Part shown: piece after piece, positions 18,448 to 28,607 of the stretch
Layout: every line of letters starts with the position of its first letter
Numbering within the stretch: position 1 is the stretch's first letter
NCBI GenBank assembly: GCA_913009415.1
Contig: CAJVYM010000001.1
Span: 1-63,878 of the forward strand
Reading direction: 5' to 3'
From: an uncultured bacterium
Lineage (GTDB): Bacteria; Bipolaricaulota; Bipolaricaulia; UBA7950; UBA9294
DNA length: 63,878 nt
Notes under the pieces: generated by a model
The model's input: the letters and a program-made list of their open reading frames with translations, nothing else
The model's database searches: none
Told to the model about the DNA's origin: nothing
Made by a program: the position numbers and the translations under genes

Positions 18448-19404
18448 TTACAGCTTGTTGATGGAGATTGTCTCCATGTGCTTCTCGATCTGGTCTAGAT
18501 CTGAGCAGATCTTCTTGTCGCTCTCCGCGCTCATCATGCCCGCCGCCATGCCAAAGCGCAGGGCATTCTCCAGGCGTTCACCCTTATTGAGCATGTGCAC
18601 GATTCCACCGAGCAACACGTCATCCGCCCCGACGAAGTTCTTAAACTCGGTCGTCTTTGCGGGGGCCAGTATCTCCCAGACCCCATCCGCGGTGATCGCA
18701 ATGTCGCCCGTGACCTCGTGGGAGACGATGACGATACCCGTTCCATCGGCCACCGCTCTCTTCCCGGCATCGATGATCTCGCTGCGCGTGCTAAGCGGAA
18801 GGCCATTAATAACCGGTGTTTCACGAATATCCGGCTTGACGATGTACGGTGCGGCAAGGAGCCCGCGGCCTAACGCGTCTCCCGCTGCGCTGATAACAAC
18901 CCTCGCTCCCGCCTCTTTTGCCATGCTCGCCAAGACCCGATACAGGTCCCCGTCGACTCCGGGAGGAAGGCTTCCCGCGAGGATGACCCACGTAGCGCGG
19001 TTGAGCATCCGCTTGTAGCGACGGAGGAAGCGGGCGACTTCCTCCGGAGTGATGGCTGGGCCTGGTTCATCGATCATTATTGGGACGTATTCGTGTCCAC
19101 GTTCGAGCACGATCACGTTGGTGCGCGTTTCTCCATTTACCCACACGAAGTTCGTCGTCACCCCTTCATCGCGCAGATCGCGCACGACGACATGCCCCAC
19201 ATACCCGCCGACAAAACCCATCGCCACGTTCTCCACTCCCAGGCGAGAAAGGAAGATGCTGATGTTGACTCCCTTTCCCCCGGCCGATGTGTCGCTCTTC
19301 CTCGCCCGCGTCAGGAATTCATCCTGCGTTTCCTTCGCCATCTTCAGCTGATCGACCCAATAGATCTTGTCGACCGCTGGATTGGGTGTGACTGTGATGA
19401 TCAT
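18448..19404 (-). CDS. PfkB-family hexose-phosphate kinase (1-phosphofructokinase-like)
   Basis: MIITVTPNPAVDKIY...GGKGVN...GADDVLLGG. Confidence 0.85.
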   Translation of the reverse strand: MIITVTPNPAVDKIYWVDQLKMAKETQDEFLTRARKSDTSAGGKGVNISIFLSRLGVENVAMGFVGGYVGHVVVRDLRDEGVTTNFVWVNGETRTNVIVLERGHEYVPIMIDEPGPAITPEEVARFLRRYKRMLNRATWVILAGSLPPGVDGDLYRVLASMAKEAGARVVISAAGDALGRGLLAAPYIVKPDIRETPVINGLPLSTRSEIIDAGKRAVADGTGIVIVSHEVTGDIAITADGVWEILAPAKTTEFKNFVGADDVLLGGIVHMLNKGERLENALRFGMAAGMMSAESDKKICSDLDQIEKHMETISINKL

Positions 19405-20723
19405 TGCGCTCCTTGTGACACCATAGAATCCACCCGCTTTCCGATCAGCGCGGCTGTCGTTGCATCCTCGATAAACACCTGCACAAACTCACCAACGGTC
19501 CCTTCACCAGCAATCACGACCGTACGATGAGCATCCGTGCGCCCATAGGCCCTACCAGCACGCGTCTTCCCTTCTATGAGGACCTCCAGGCGACTTCCTA
19601 TTCGCTCCCTATTCTGCGAGAGAGCGATCTCGCGTTGCAAATCGAGGACGGCGTGCAGGCGAGCGCTCTTCGCCTCAGGCGTGACATTATCAGGAAGAAG
19701 GGCGCTCCTCGTCCTCGGGCGCGGTGAGTACATGGCGACGAAGATCGACCCGAATCTTGCCTCGTCGATCAGTTCAAGAGTATTCGCGAAGTCATCTTCC
19801 GTCTCCCCGGGGTAGCCGACGATCAGATCGGTCGTGATGTTGATCTCTGGAATCACACTGCGCGCCTGTCTAAGGATCGAGAGGAAATCACGCCGCGTGT
19901 AGCCGCGGTTCATCTCGGCCAGGATGCGATCGCTCCCCGATTGACAGGCAAGATGAATATGGTTGCAAATGTTGTCATGAGCGCCGATCTGCTCTATTAC
20001 CCGCGGCGTCATGTCCTTGGGATGCGAGCTGGTGAAACGGATACGCGGCGTCCCGACATCGGCGATGCGCCCCAACAGGTCTGCGAAACTCCCGTACTCA
20101 GGTCGATCTGTCCCGTAGGAATCAACGTTCTGCCCAAGGAGGAGGATCTCGGGATAGCCATCGCGCGTGGCTTGTTTCACCTCGCGAAGGATCGCCTCCG
20201 GCTCACGGCTTCGCAGCGGACCGCGTGCGTAGGGGACGACGCAATAGGAGCAGAAATTCGAGCATCCCTGCGTTATTGTGACCATCGCCGTAACGGGACT
20301 CTGTCTGTGGGATGGGACCTCATCGATTCCGCGCGGTGAGGCGATGTGGGTGATGCGCTCGCTCTGTTTCCCTGCTGCTGTATGTACGAGTTCAGGGAGT
20401 GATGCAATGTCGCTCGACCCAAAGGTAAAGTCGATCGCCGAGAAGCGCTTCAGAAGATCCTCTCCTCGTACCTGAGCCATGCACCCACCGACACCGAGGA
20501 GGACGTTGCGTTTGCGTTTTTCTTCGACAACTGCGCCGATGCGGCCGTACACCTTCTCCTCCGCCTTCTGCCTGACCATGCAGGTGTTGAATATGACAAC
20601 ATCGGCCTCGGCAAGCGACTCGGTGAGGGCAAATCCATCTCGCTTCAGGACACCAACAATCCCCTCCGATTGATGGATATTCATCTGGCATCCCCAGGTC
20701 TCTACGTACAGGCGTTTGTTCAT
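19401..20723 (-). CDS. miaB: tRNA-2-methylthio-N6-dimethylallyladenosine synthase
   Basis: MNKRLYVETWGCQMN, a radical SAM motif CSNFCSYCVVP and a TRAM-like C-terminus. The start is set at ATG 20723. Confidence 0.9.
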   Translation of the reverse strand: MNKRLYVETWGCQMNIHQSEGIVGVLKRDGFALTESLAEADVVIFNTCMVRQKAEEKVYGRIGAVVEEKRKRNVLLGVGGCMAQVRGEDLLKRFSAIDFTFGSSDIASLPELVHTAAGKQSERITHIASPRGIDEVPSHRQSPVTAMVTITQGCSNFCSYCVVPYARGPLRSREPEAILREVKQATRDGYPEILLLGQNVDSYGTDRPEYGSFADLLGRIADVGTPRIRFTSSHPKDMTPRVIEQIGAHDNICNHIHLACQSGSDRILAEMNRGYTRRDFLSILRQARSVIPEINITTDLIVGYPGETEDDFANTLELIDEARFGSIFVAMYSPRPRTRSALLPDNVTPEAKSARLHAVLDLQREIALSQNRERIGSRLEVLIEGKTRAGRAYGRTDAHRTVVIAGEGTVGEFVQVFIEDATTAALIGKRVDSMVSQGAQ

Positions 20724-20844
20724 TGGGATCGTTCCAATATACCTCATCGATCGAGGCCGATCAACGCCCGTCGCTATTTTATCGGACGCATCGCCCCATT
20801 TCCGTTGGGCTGTGAGACACATTTTGCGTATCATCCACGTGACA

Positions 20845-23800
20845 ATGATCATCCATCGCAGCGACCGATACATCCTTTCAGAGATGGTGGGCCCGTTTCT
20901 CGTCTCACTGGGCGGGTTGCTGTTGTTCATCCTCCTCAACCTGATCCTTTCCCTCTCCGACTTGATGGTCGATCGTGGGGTGGGGATCGATTCTCTCATC
21001 CACCTGCTCGTGTTGAAGCTACCGAGCCTCCTCGTCCTTGCCCTTCCGGTAAGCGGACTGTTCGCCACCTTCCTCGGATTGGGGCGGCTGGTGCACGACA
21101 GGGAAGTGATCGCCTTCGAAGCGGCGGGAGTCTCCCTGCGAAGGATCCTCCTCCCACTCGTCGTCGCTGCTACCCTCGTTGCTGGAGCCGATTTCGCACT
21201 GTACAACTGGGCGGTCCCCTCATCGGAGCATCTCTACCAACAGACACTGCGTGGGATCATCTTTCGCGGGGGAGTGCCGCACGTTCGCGCAAATACCTTC
21301 TTTAAAGGGCAGGAGGGTGAGTTCTTCTACGTGCGGAGCTACAACGAGAAGACCGGAGTTCTAAACGAGGTCCTCGTCTACGATGTGACGGGGAAGCTGT
21401 TCCCGCAGGCGAAATCGGCGGTGACAATCCTCACCGCCAAGACCGGGCGATGGGAGGGAGACGCGTGGACCCTGGATGATGGCAAGGTGTACGGCTACGA
21501 TCACGACGGAACGCTTAATTACACCGGCAGCTTCTCCACACTTAAGATTGCGGCGGGGCAGGTTGGGGCTAACTTTCTTTTCGGATCGCGCACCCCCTCG
21601 GAGATGAGGATCGGCGAACTGCGCCATCAGATCGCCCTCCTGCGAAAGAGCGGCGCTGACGTGGACGATCTGATCGTGGAGTGCAACCTCAAGGTCGCAA
21701 TGCCATTTGCCACCATCGTCTTCGTCCTGTTCGGGGGGGCAGCAAGCCTCCTCTTCGGCTGGCGGAGCCGAGCCGTGGGGATCGTCATCGGATTTGTCCT
21801 GGTGGGCCTCTTCCAGGGGACACTGTTGTGGACGCAGACACTCGGACGACGGGGGATCATCTCGCCTCCCTTGGGGGCCTGGCTTCCGAATGTATTGTTC
21901 GGCGTGGTCGGCATCGTCCTGTTCCTGCGGCTCGACCACCTGCATCACCGCCTATTGTGGAGGCACGTGCGGCGGATCATCCCCTTCTTTCTCGTCATGA
22001 TCGCATGCGTGGGCATCGCACACGCGCAGGATCCGCCAGCAACAGTCGCTTTGCCGAATGAGGGCCTGCAGACAGTAAGCCAGACGGCCCTGCTCGACAT
22101 AAGGTGCGATGCCCTGACCGTCTCCTCAGATCATCGCCATGTGAGCGCACGCGGAAACGTGCGCCTCGTCTACGGAAAGACCGTTCTCTCTGCCGACAGC
22201 GCGCTCGTTGATGCACAAGCAGGTGACAAATGGCGACTGCAGGCGTCGGGGAACGTCGAGCTGACGGTTGAGAATGGCTTCACCCTTTCCGGTGAGAAGA
22301 TCGATGCTGTCCTCTTGTTTGCCAACGGGGCACTGAGCACGCAACAGGCGACAGCGAGTGTATTCAGCGGTAAGAGCAGCTTCGTCAACTCCAACGGGGA
22401 AACTCACACCCTGATCTACAGCGGAGATGATGGAACGATCGTGTACAACAAGGACGGGACACTGGCTCGCATCGAGATGACCGACGCTACTCTGACCACT
22501 TGTGACTGCTGCGGAGGTGCAGCAGTCGCGCAGCCCTACTCCATTGAGACCGGAAGACTCATCCTCTACCCGGATCAGCTCATCGTCGCGTTCAACCTCA
22601 CCGTGCGTTCGTTCGGGGTCGGTGTGTTCTGGCTGCCTGTCTACGTGCAGCCCCTCAAGGAGACCCTCGACAGCCCCCTCTTCCCAGCGATCGGGAACAG
22701 CAGCCTCCACGGCTGGTTTTTCAAGTGGAACCTCCCGTTTTACATAAACAAGGATAACTACGGCGCCATCCTCGTAGACTACTTCACCCGCTTTCAGGAG
22801 GTTGGCCTGGGGGCGGTCCTGCGCTACGCCTTCGCCGGGCAGCGGGGATCGATCAAGGGCTACTACTTCCCGGCCAAGGTTGGCGATAGCAAGCTTGAAT
22901 TCACGCTTTCTCACACCGCTGATCTTCCGGGCGACTGGAAGATGACCGGCGGTGTGAGCTACCGCAAAAAAGGTGCGTCACACGTTCTCACTTTCTCCTC
23001 CTCCGCCAGCGGGCCGATCGACCAGTGGAAGCTCACCCTCTCCGCCTCCCGCAGCAGGGCCGAGCAGGACGACCAGGTGCGCATCAATGAGCGTCTTCCC
23101 GAGCTGACCCTGGCCCGTTCCACGTTCACGTGGGGCAGTTTCTCATTTACGCCGCAGGTTAGCGTGGGATGGTTTCGTGAGTGGAAAGGGGACGCACTGA
23201 CGGGTTCTTCACTGCGCACGGATGGGTCGATTACGATGAATGTAACGCCCATTACGTTTCTCGGGTTCACCCTCAAGCCGAGCGGATCGCTGCGGTTGAC
23301 GAGCTACGAAGCAGGGGCGATGACCCGCCGCCGGGAGGCACATTCCTTCTCCGTTTCCGCCACACGCTCCGGGATGAACATCACGTACGCATACCAGGAG
23401 ATCAACGGGGAGAGCCCGTTTGCCTTCGATCACTTAGTGGCGAAGAATCACATCGCCCTTAACCTGGCGACGGGAACCGAGCTCGCCTTACGGGTGAGCG
23501 GAGGGATCGATCTCACGCACGGAACCTTAGACCCGCTGCAGATACGCGCCGACTGGTCCCCGGGGGCGAAGATCACCCTTGCCGCCACCTACGACATCCC
23601 AGCTTCTGCGTTTACCCACGTCGATCTCTCGGGGAATGCCACATACGGCAACGTGAGCGTGGATTGGGCTATTCCCTATGACGCGACAAACGGGAGCTTT
23701 GACCCCGCCACGTTCAAACTGCATGCAGGAAGCTCTGAGGCGGGGACAATATCCCTGTCGGGAGAGTTCGATCTCAATACGGCGGAGCTCTCTAGCCTCA

Positions 23801-24042
23801 CTTTAAACACAGAGGTGACGTACGGCGCAGGGTGGGGGATCAGCCTGGGCGGGCAACTGGACATGGGAACACAGACGATCGTCAACCCGAGCTTCGGCCT
23901 GTTTCGTGATCTGTACAACTGCCTGCGCGTTGGCATCGAGCGCAGGAACGGACAGGTGTGGATATACACCTCGATCCTCGCCTTCCCCGAGGCGATCCTG
24001 CGCTACGCACCCAGCTCGACGCAGATCGAAGTGGGGAAATAG
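20845..24042 (+). CDS. Single-ORF fusion of an LptF/LptG-family permease with an OstA/LptD-like protein
   Basis: The first ~385 aa resemble YjgP/YjgQ permeases (DRYILSEMVGPFL..., six TM segments, periplasmic insert). Next comes a signal-peptide-like TM segment, IIPFFLVMIACVGIAHAQD. An OstA-like repeat region follows. The C-terminus is LptD-like (LFPAIGNSSLHGWFFKWNLPFYI...AVLRY...YNCLRVGIERR). Confidence 0.7.
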   Translation: MIIHRSDRYILSEMVGPFLVSLGGLLLFILLNLILSLSDLMVDRGVGIDSLIHLLVLKLPSLLVLALPVSGLFATFLGLGRLVHDREVIAFEAAGVSLRRILLPLVVAATLVAGADFALYNWAVPSSEHLYQQTLRGIIFRGGVPHVRANTFFKGQEGEFFYVRSYNEKTGVLNEVLVYDVTGKLFPQAKSAVTILTAKTGRWEGDAWTLDDGKVYGYDHDGTLNYTGSFSTLKIAAGQVGANFLFGSRTPSEMRIGELRHQIALLRKSGADVDDLIVECNLKVAMPFATIVFVLFGGAASLLFGWRSRAVGIVIGFVLVGLFQGTLLWTQTLGRRGIISPPLGAWLPNVLFGVVGIVLFLRLDHLHHRLLWRHVRRIIPFFLVMIACVGIAHAQDPPATVALPNEGLQTVSQTALLDIRCDALTVSSDHRHVSARGNVRLVYGKTVLSADSALVDAQAGDKWRLQASGNVELTVENGFTLSGEKIDAVLLFANGALSTQQATASVFSGKSSFVNSNGETHTLIYSGDDGTIVYNKDGTLARIEMTDATLTTCDCCGGAAVAQPYSIETGRLILYPDQLIVAFNLTVRSFGVGVFWLPVYVQPLKETLDSPLFPAIGNSSLHGWFFKWNLPFYINKDNYGAILVDYFTRFQEVGLGAVLRYAFAGQRGSIKGYYFPAKVGDSKLEFTLSHTADLPGDWKMTGGVSYRKKGASHVLTFSSSASGPIDQWKLTLSASRSRAEQDDQVRINERLPELTLARSTFTWGSFSFTPQVSVGWFREWKGDALTGSSLRTDGSITMNVTPITFLGFTLKPSGSLRLTSYEAGAMTRRREAHSFSVSATRSGMNITYAYQEINGESPFAFDHLVAKNHIALNLATGTELALRVSGGIDLTHGTLDPLQIRADWSPGAKITLAATYDIPASAFTHVDLSGNATYGNVSVDWAIPYDATNGSFDPATFKLHAGSSEAGTISLSGEFDLNTAELSSLTLNTEVTYGAGWGISLGGQLDMGTQTIVNPSFGLFRDLYNCLRVGIERRNGQVWIYTSILAFPEAILRYAPSSTQIEVGK

Positions 24043-24055
24043 AAGGAGGCGTACA

Positions 24056-24934
24056 TTGTCGATCATCGATGGAAGAGCGATCGCCCGCAAGTATCAGGAA
24101 ATCTTGCGTCACGCGGTTGCAGTTCTTGCAAACGATGCGGTCATCCCCGCGATCGCTCCGATCCTCGTCGGTGAGGATAGTGCCGCGCGCGTATACTACC
24201 GCGCCAAGGCCAGACTGGCCGAGAAACTGGGGATCAGATTCTGTGGGATCAAACTTCCAGAAGGTACACGCGAGGAAGACGTAATAGATGCGGTCAATGG
24301 ACTGAACGCCGATCCGCAAGTTGACGGCATATTCGTCGAGCTGCCGCTGCCTGCACACATCTCGCGAGAGAAGATCGCCCGTGCCATCTCACCTGAGAAA
24401 GACATCGATGGGATCAACCCCGTGAGCATGGGGCGGATGCTTGTAGAAAGTGCGAGTGCGGCAACCTACCGTCAATTGAACGCACGGCAAAGCGTCCTCC
24501 TTCCCGCAACGCCGCAAGCGGTGATGAAGCTTATAATCGAATCAGGGATTGATATCGTCGGGCAGGAAGCCGTCGTAATCGGGCGCAGTCTCTCGGTAGG
24601 AAGGCCGCTTGGCCTCCTCCTCCTCACAGAAGGGGCAACCGTCACCATCTGTCACTCCAAGACGCGTTCCATGGAGACGATCACACAGCGAGCCGATATC
24701 CTGTGCGTCGCTGTCGGTCGCTTGCGTTTCCTCACTTCAGACATGGTGAAACAGGGCGCGGTGGTGATCGATATTGGCATCAACGTAACGCCCGAGGGAA
24801 TAGTTGGCGACGTTGACTACGAGAGGGTCGCCCCGCGGACAAGGCTAATCACACCTGTTCCTGGAGGCGTTGGACCGATGACGACCACGATAATCATGGC
24901 AAACGTCGTAAAGTGTGCATCCAATCGTACATAA
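24056..24934 (+). CDS. folD: Bifunctional methylenetetrahydrofolate dehydrogenase/cyclohydrolase
   Basis: A TTG start sits 6 nt after a GGAGG RBS. The sequence reads SIIDGRAIARK...GINP...PGGVGPMT. Confidence 0.9.
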   Translation: MSIIDGRAIARKYQEILRHAVAVLANDAVIPAIAPILVGEDSAARVYYRAKARLAEKLGIRFCGIKLPEGTREEDVIDAVNGLNADPQVDGIFVELPLPAHISREKIARAISPEKDIDGINPVSMGRMLVESASAATYRQLNARQSVLLPATPQAVMKLIIESGIDIVGQEAVVIGRSLSVGRPLGLLLLTEGATVTICHSKTRSMETITQRADILCVAVGRLRFLTSDMVKQGAVVIDIGINVTPEGIVGDVDYERVAPRTRLITPVPGGVGPMTTTIIMANVVKCASNRT

Positions 24935-24962
24935 CGCTCTCCATTTTTCAACACTTGCGCAC

Positions 24963-24991
24963 TTGACAGGAGCGTTCCCTGGACATATACT
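24963..24991 (+). promoter_or_regulatory. Sigma70-like promoter
   Basis: TTGACA, 17 nt, TATACT, upstream of the DUF5320 gene. Confidence 0.5.
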
Positions 24992-25025
24992 GTGCATATG
25001 CTATAAATAATAACGGAGGTGGATC

Positions 25026-25337
25026 ATGCCATTAGGAGATCGCACAGGACCGAGGGGCCTAGGCCCGAGAACCGGTCGTGGATTGGGTTATTGCAGTGGG
25101 AGTCCTGTCCCGGGTTACATGAACAGTTGGGGCGGACGCGGTGGCGGAGGGTTTGGCCGCGGCTATGGAAGAAGCGTTGGTTGGGGCTACGGTGCTCCGT
25201 ACGCGCCACCCGTGTACAACGCTGACCCGCAAACGCGGGCAACAACATTGCGTGCCCAGGCCGACGAGCTGAAGATCGCACTGGATAACATCCAACGCGA
25301 GCTTGACAACATAGAAAAGAGCGATGTGGCTAAGTAG
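25026..25337 (+). CDS. DUF5320 domain protein
   Basis: MPLGDRTGPRGLGPRTGRGLGYCSG, a Gly-rich middle and a coiled-coil C-terminus. This is the typical DUF5320 layout. Confidence 0.8.
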   Translation: MPLGDRTGPRGLGPRTGRGLGYCSGSPVPGYMNSWGGRGGGGFGRGYGRSVGWGYGAPYAPPVYNADPQTRATTLRAQADELKIALDNIQRELDNIEKSDVAK

Positions 25338-25344
25338 CAGCACA

Positions 25345-25376
25345 AGGCCCCGCGTACGTGGCGGGGCCTCTTTTTC
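25345..25376 (+). terminator. Rho-independent terminator
   Basis: AGGCCCCGC-gtacgtg-GCGGGGCCT followed by a T5 run. Confidence 0.75.
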
Positions 25377-26087
25377 TAGGGTAATTTACACACTTGCAAG
25401 GTAAACACCCTAACCATCACAGCTATACCCCCCACCAGAAGAGGAAATTTCCCGCTGATTGTTAGAACTTGACGGTGCCCTCCGGCAGCGGTAAAGCTGT
25501 CGAAAGAAAAAAAGGAAGCAACCGTATGGACAAAGGCCGCGTGTCACAGGCGCTTGGCCAAGTGAGGGCAGAGAGAGTGGATCAAGGGTCGGGTAGGCTT
25601 CCCCGGTCCGTGGTCGTGGCGATGAGCCTTTGCTGTTGTATGCCAACGTTTCAGTAAGTATCTCGCTTCGTTCTTGGTCCGCGCCTTGCCGAGATTGTGG
25701 CGGAGTGGAATAATAGGCTTGGCTACGCCGCAAGAACGGATTGGCAGAGGAGAAAAAATACGAAGGTGAAAGCTCGTGCGTGCGAGGAATTCAGAGCCTT
25801 GATTCAAGATGCGATAGAAGAAGCGTCGGCAGATTCTGTTGGTGCTCCAGATCAGAGATTTGAACTATGAAGAAAGGTTCAAGATAGATTCCAGCACTCA
25901 CTTAAGCACTTCAAAGAAGAGCAACGAATTCCGGCGGAAGAACTGGTAGAGAGAGTTGAGACAGAAGCGCGAATAGTGACGGGTGAAGAGTAGAGAAACG
26001 TTCTAAGTTCTGTGCGCTAGGGCAAGGCCAGACAGGGGTTGAGAGTCGTCATCCGAATTTCGATTAGGTGGCGATGCCGGTCCTTTT

Positions 26088-26116
26088 TTGATACCAGAAA
26101 TCATTCGTGCTATTCT
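26088..26116 (+). promoter_or_regulatory. Sigma70-like promoter
   Basis: TTGATA, 17 nt, TATTCT, followed by an AAGGAGG RBS and ATG 26145. Confidence 0.4.
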
Positions 26117-26144
26117 GGGGATATTCTAGCTGCAAGGAGGATAT

Positions 26145-27110
26145 ATGATCCTAGCAATATTCGGGGCGTCCTTGTTGACCGCAATCATAGGTGCGCGCCT
26201 TCTCATTCCCAGACTGCACCGAGCGGGAATCACAGGCAGGGACATGCACAAGCCCGGGAAGCCAGCTGTCGCTGAAATGGGCGGGCTAGCGATCGTTGCC
26301 GGCACCGGAGTAGGGATCTCGGTCGCCCTGGCGATGATGAGCTTCTTCCACGTGTTCCATGATGCAAACGTAGTGCTGCTCCTTGCCGCGATGGCTACGA
26401 TCCTCCTTACGGCGCTCATTGGGATTATCGATGATCTTCTCGGGATGCGGCAAATAGTGAAGGCGTTCTTGCCGGCGGTCGCCGCGCTTCCTCTGGTTGC
26501 CGTGCGGGTGGGACACACGACGCTATCGATCCCTTTTGTGGGGCAGATCAACTTTTGGATCTTCTATCCCCTCCTCTTGGTCCCTGCCGGCGTGATGGTG
26601 GCAGCAAACGCGGTGAACATGCTCGCCGGGTTCAACGGAATGGAAGCGGGAATGGGGATTATCGCCCTGGGGTCTCTCGCAGTGATTGCGGCTGTGATCC
26701 ACGAGACAACGGCGTTGATTATCCTTCTTGCTGGAGCAGGAGCGCTTCTTGGAGTGCTATTCTTCAATTGGTATCCGGCGAAGATCATGATTGGTGATGT
26801 GGGCACGCTTTCCATCGGGGCCCTCATTGCCACGGCTGTAATTGTGGGTAACTTCGAGACGGCCGGTGTGATCGTAATCGTCCCCTATGCAATCGATTTT
26901 TTGTTCAAGGCGGCGCATGGATTTCCAAAGAGCTTTGGGGAATTACAAGCGGATGGCAAACTACACTGCCCGGCGAGTAGCACTGTAGGGTTGGGCCAGT
27001 TCATCATGAAGATCACCGGCGGCATGAAGGAGTGGGCGCTGACATCATTGCTCATGGGTATAGAACTGATATTCGGGGTGTTGGCGATTGCTGTTTATGT
27101 GTGGAGGTAG
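26145..27110 (+). CDS. Family 4 glycosyltransferase (MraY/WecA-type polyprenyl-phosphate sugar-phosphate transferase)
   Basis: Polytopic membrane protein with IIDDLLGMRQ and NAVNMLAGFNGMEAG motifs. Confidence 0.85.
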   Translation: MILAIFGASLLTAIIGARLLIPRLHRAGITGRDMHKPGKPAVAEMGGLAIVAGTGVGISVALAMMSFFHVFHDANVVLLLAAMATILLTALIGIIDDLLGMRQIVKAFLPAVAALPLVAVRVGHTTLSIPFVGQINFWIFYPLLLVPAGVMVAANAVNMLAGFNGMEAGMGIIALGSLAVIAAVIHETTALIILLAGAGALLGVLFFNWYPAKIMIGDVGTLSIGALIATAVIVGNFETAGVIVIVPYAIDFLFKAAHGFPKSFGELQADGKLHCPASSTVGLGQFIMKITGGMKEWALTSLLMGIELIFGVLAIAVYVWR

Positions 27111-27381
27111 ATAGTGAATGGTAAACGGCAAGGGATAACGGGGTTTATGGATTAAGTAACGTGTGTTGGGCGATAACGAGATTCATATAATTCGTTGGGT
27201 TTGCAGCGTGCAGGAAGAATAGCTTGATTGGAATGACATTTTTTAGGAAATACTTACTAAGATATTCGTGCAGATGGAAGAGCAGTCCGACGAATCTCGT
27301 GGTCAATGACTGAAAGGGAACAATTAACTTTTAAAGAACTCAACGAACCCACGACTTGCCGTTGGATGGAAGGAGGAGTAG

Positions 27382-28356
27382 ATGCGTATTGTTGTTACAG
27401 GTGGAGCAGGATTCATCGGATCGCACGTTGTCGATGCCTACGTCGATGCCGGACATGAGGTGCTGGTGATCGATAACCTATCGACCGGAAATGCTAAGAA
27501 TATGAATGCGACAGCGAGGCTGGAACAGATCGATATTCGTGATGCGCAGGCTGTGGCCCAGGTATTCGCCAGCTTCCGCCCACATGTTGTCAACCATCAT
27601 GCTGCCCAAATCGACATCCGCCGGTCCGTGGAAGATCCGGTCTTCGATGCCGAAGTGAACGTCATTGGCTCGGTCAATCTGATGCAGCAGGCAGTGCGCA
27701 ATCGCGCTGAGGGCTTTATCTTCGCCTCTTCTGGCGGGGCGATCTACGGGGAGACACCGCATCCGGCGGTGGAAACAGCGGCGAAGGCACCGATCAGCCC
27801 CTACGGAGCGGCGAAGGCTGCGGTGGAGAATTACCTGTTTGCCTACCGCAAAACCTTCGGATTGAACTCTGTGGTCCTGCGCTATGCAAACGTGTATGGC
27901 CCACGCCAAGATCCAGCCGGTGAAGCGGGGGTGGTGTCGATCTTCACAAGCGCTCTTATCGCTGGAGGCGGCGTAACCATATTCGGTAGTGGTTACCAGG
28001 TGCGAGACTACGTGTTTGTGGTGGACGTTGCCCGAGCAAACCTGCTGGCGCGCGATCGGTTGTTTAGCGACATGCAAACTCCACGCAACCCTGATGAGAG
28101 CGCATTCAACATCGGCTCTGGGCGCGCCACGTCGGTGAACGCGCTGTACGAGGAGCTGGCAAAGATCATCCCGGCGAGTATTGCCGCGGTCCATGCGAAG
28201 AGCCGTCCCGGTGAGCTGATGGAGAGCAGGCTGGATATCACGCGCGGGCACGCTGTGCTGGGCTTTTCTCCACGAGTAAAGCTCGCCGATGGGTTGCTAC
28301 AAACCGTCGCTTGGCAGAAAAATACCAAAGGAACTTCCGGGACACGCACCCGCTGA
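27382..28356 (+). CDS. NAD-dependent sugar epimerase/dehydratase (GalE-like)
   Basis: MRIVVTGGAGFIGSHV...YGAAKAAVE (YxxxK). Confidence 0.9.
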   Translation: MRIVVTGGAGFIGSHVVDAYVDAGHEVLVIDNLSTGNAKNMNATARLEQIDIRDAQAVAQVFASFRPHVVNHHAAQIDIRRSVEDPVFDAEVNVIGSVNLMQQAVRNRAEGFIFASSGGAIYGETPHPAVETAAKAPISPYGAAKAAVENYLFAYRKTFGLNSVVLRYANVYGPRQDPAGEAGVVSIFTSALIAGGGVTIFGSGYQVRDYVFVVDVARANLLARDRLFSDMQTPRNPDESAFNIGSGRATSVNALYEELAKIIPASIAAVHAKSRPGELMESRLDITRGHAVLGFSPRVKLADGLLQTVAWQKNTKGTSGTRTR

Positions 28357-28607
28357 GTTCGCTAAATTTGTGGATGCAGAAATGATGGTCATGGAGCACG
28401 CGCCCGCTGACAATTGAAACGAACCATTGATGCTTCATCTCAGGGATCTTTGTGCCTTCTGCGGCACATGCTCATGATCACGGGTTGAGCCCGGAGATGG
28501 TCTGTAGGGAAAGCCTACGCAACAGGCTGCAATAACTGTGTGTTTGCGGTAAGGAGTTCGTTGCTACTCTAAACAGCAGAAGCTTCGAGTGCCAAGGGGA
28601 GGTGAGC

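Noticed and set aside
20724-21206. A 160-codon N-terminal extension of the miaB ORF.
   Set aside because: The extension is Arg/Ser/Pro-rich and overlaps the divergent LptFG-LptD gene. The canonical MiaB N-terminus MNKRLYVETWGCQMN starts at ATG 20723.
23906-24055. The upstream part of the folD ORF, overlapping the end of the LptD-like gene.
   Set aside because: The conserved FolD N-terminus (SIIDGRAIA) begins at TTG 24056, directly after a GGAGG RBS.
25377-26144. RNase P RNA, tmRNA, SRP RNA or 6S RNA in the two large non-coding gaps (25.4-26.1 kb and 34.2-35.0 kb).
   Set aside because: The hallmark strings were not seen on either strand. I looked for GGAAAGTCCGG (RNase P), a tRNA-like end with a TTCGA T-loop plus CCA (tmRNA), and GGTCCGGAAGGAAGCAGC (SRP). 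This was only an eye scan.
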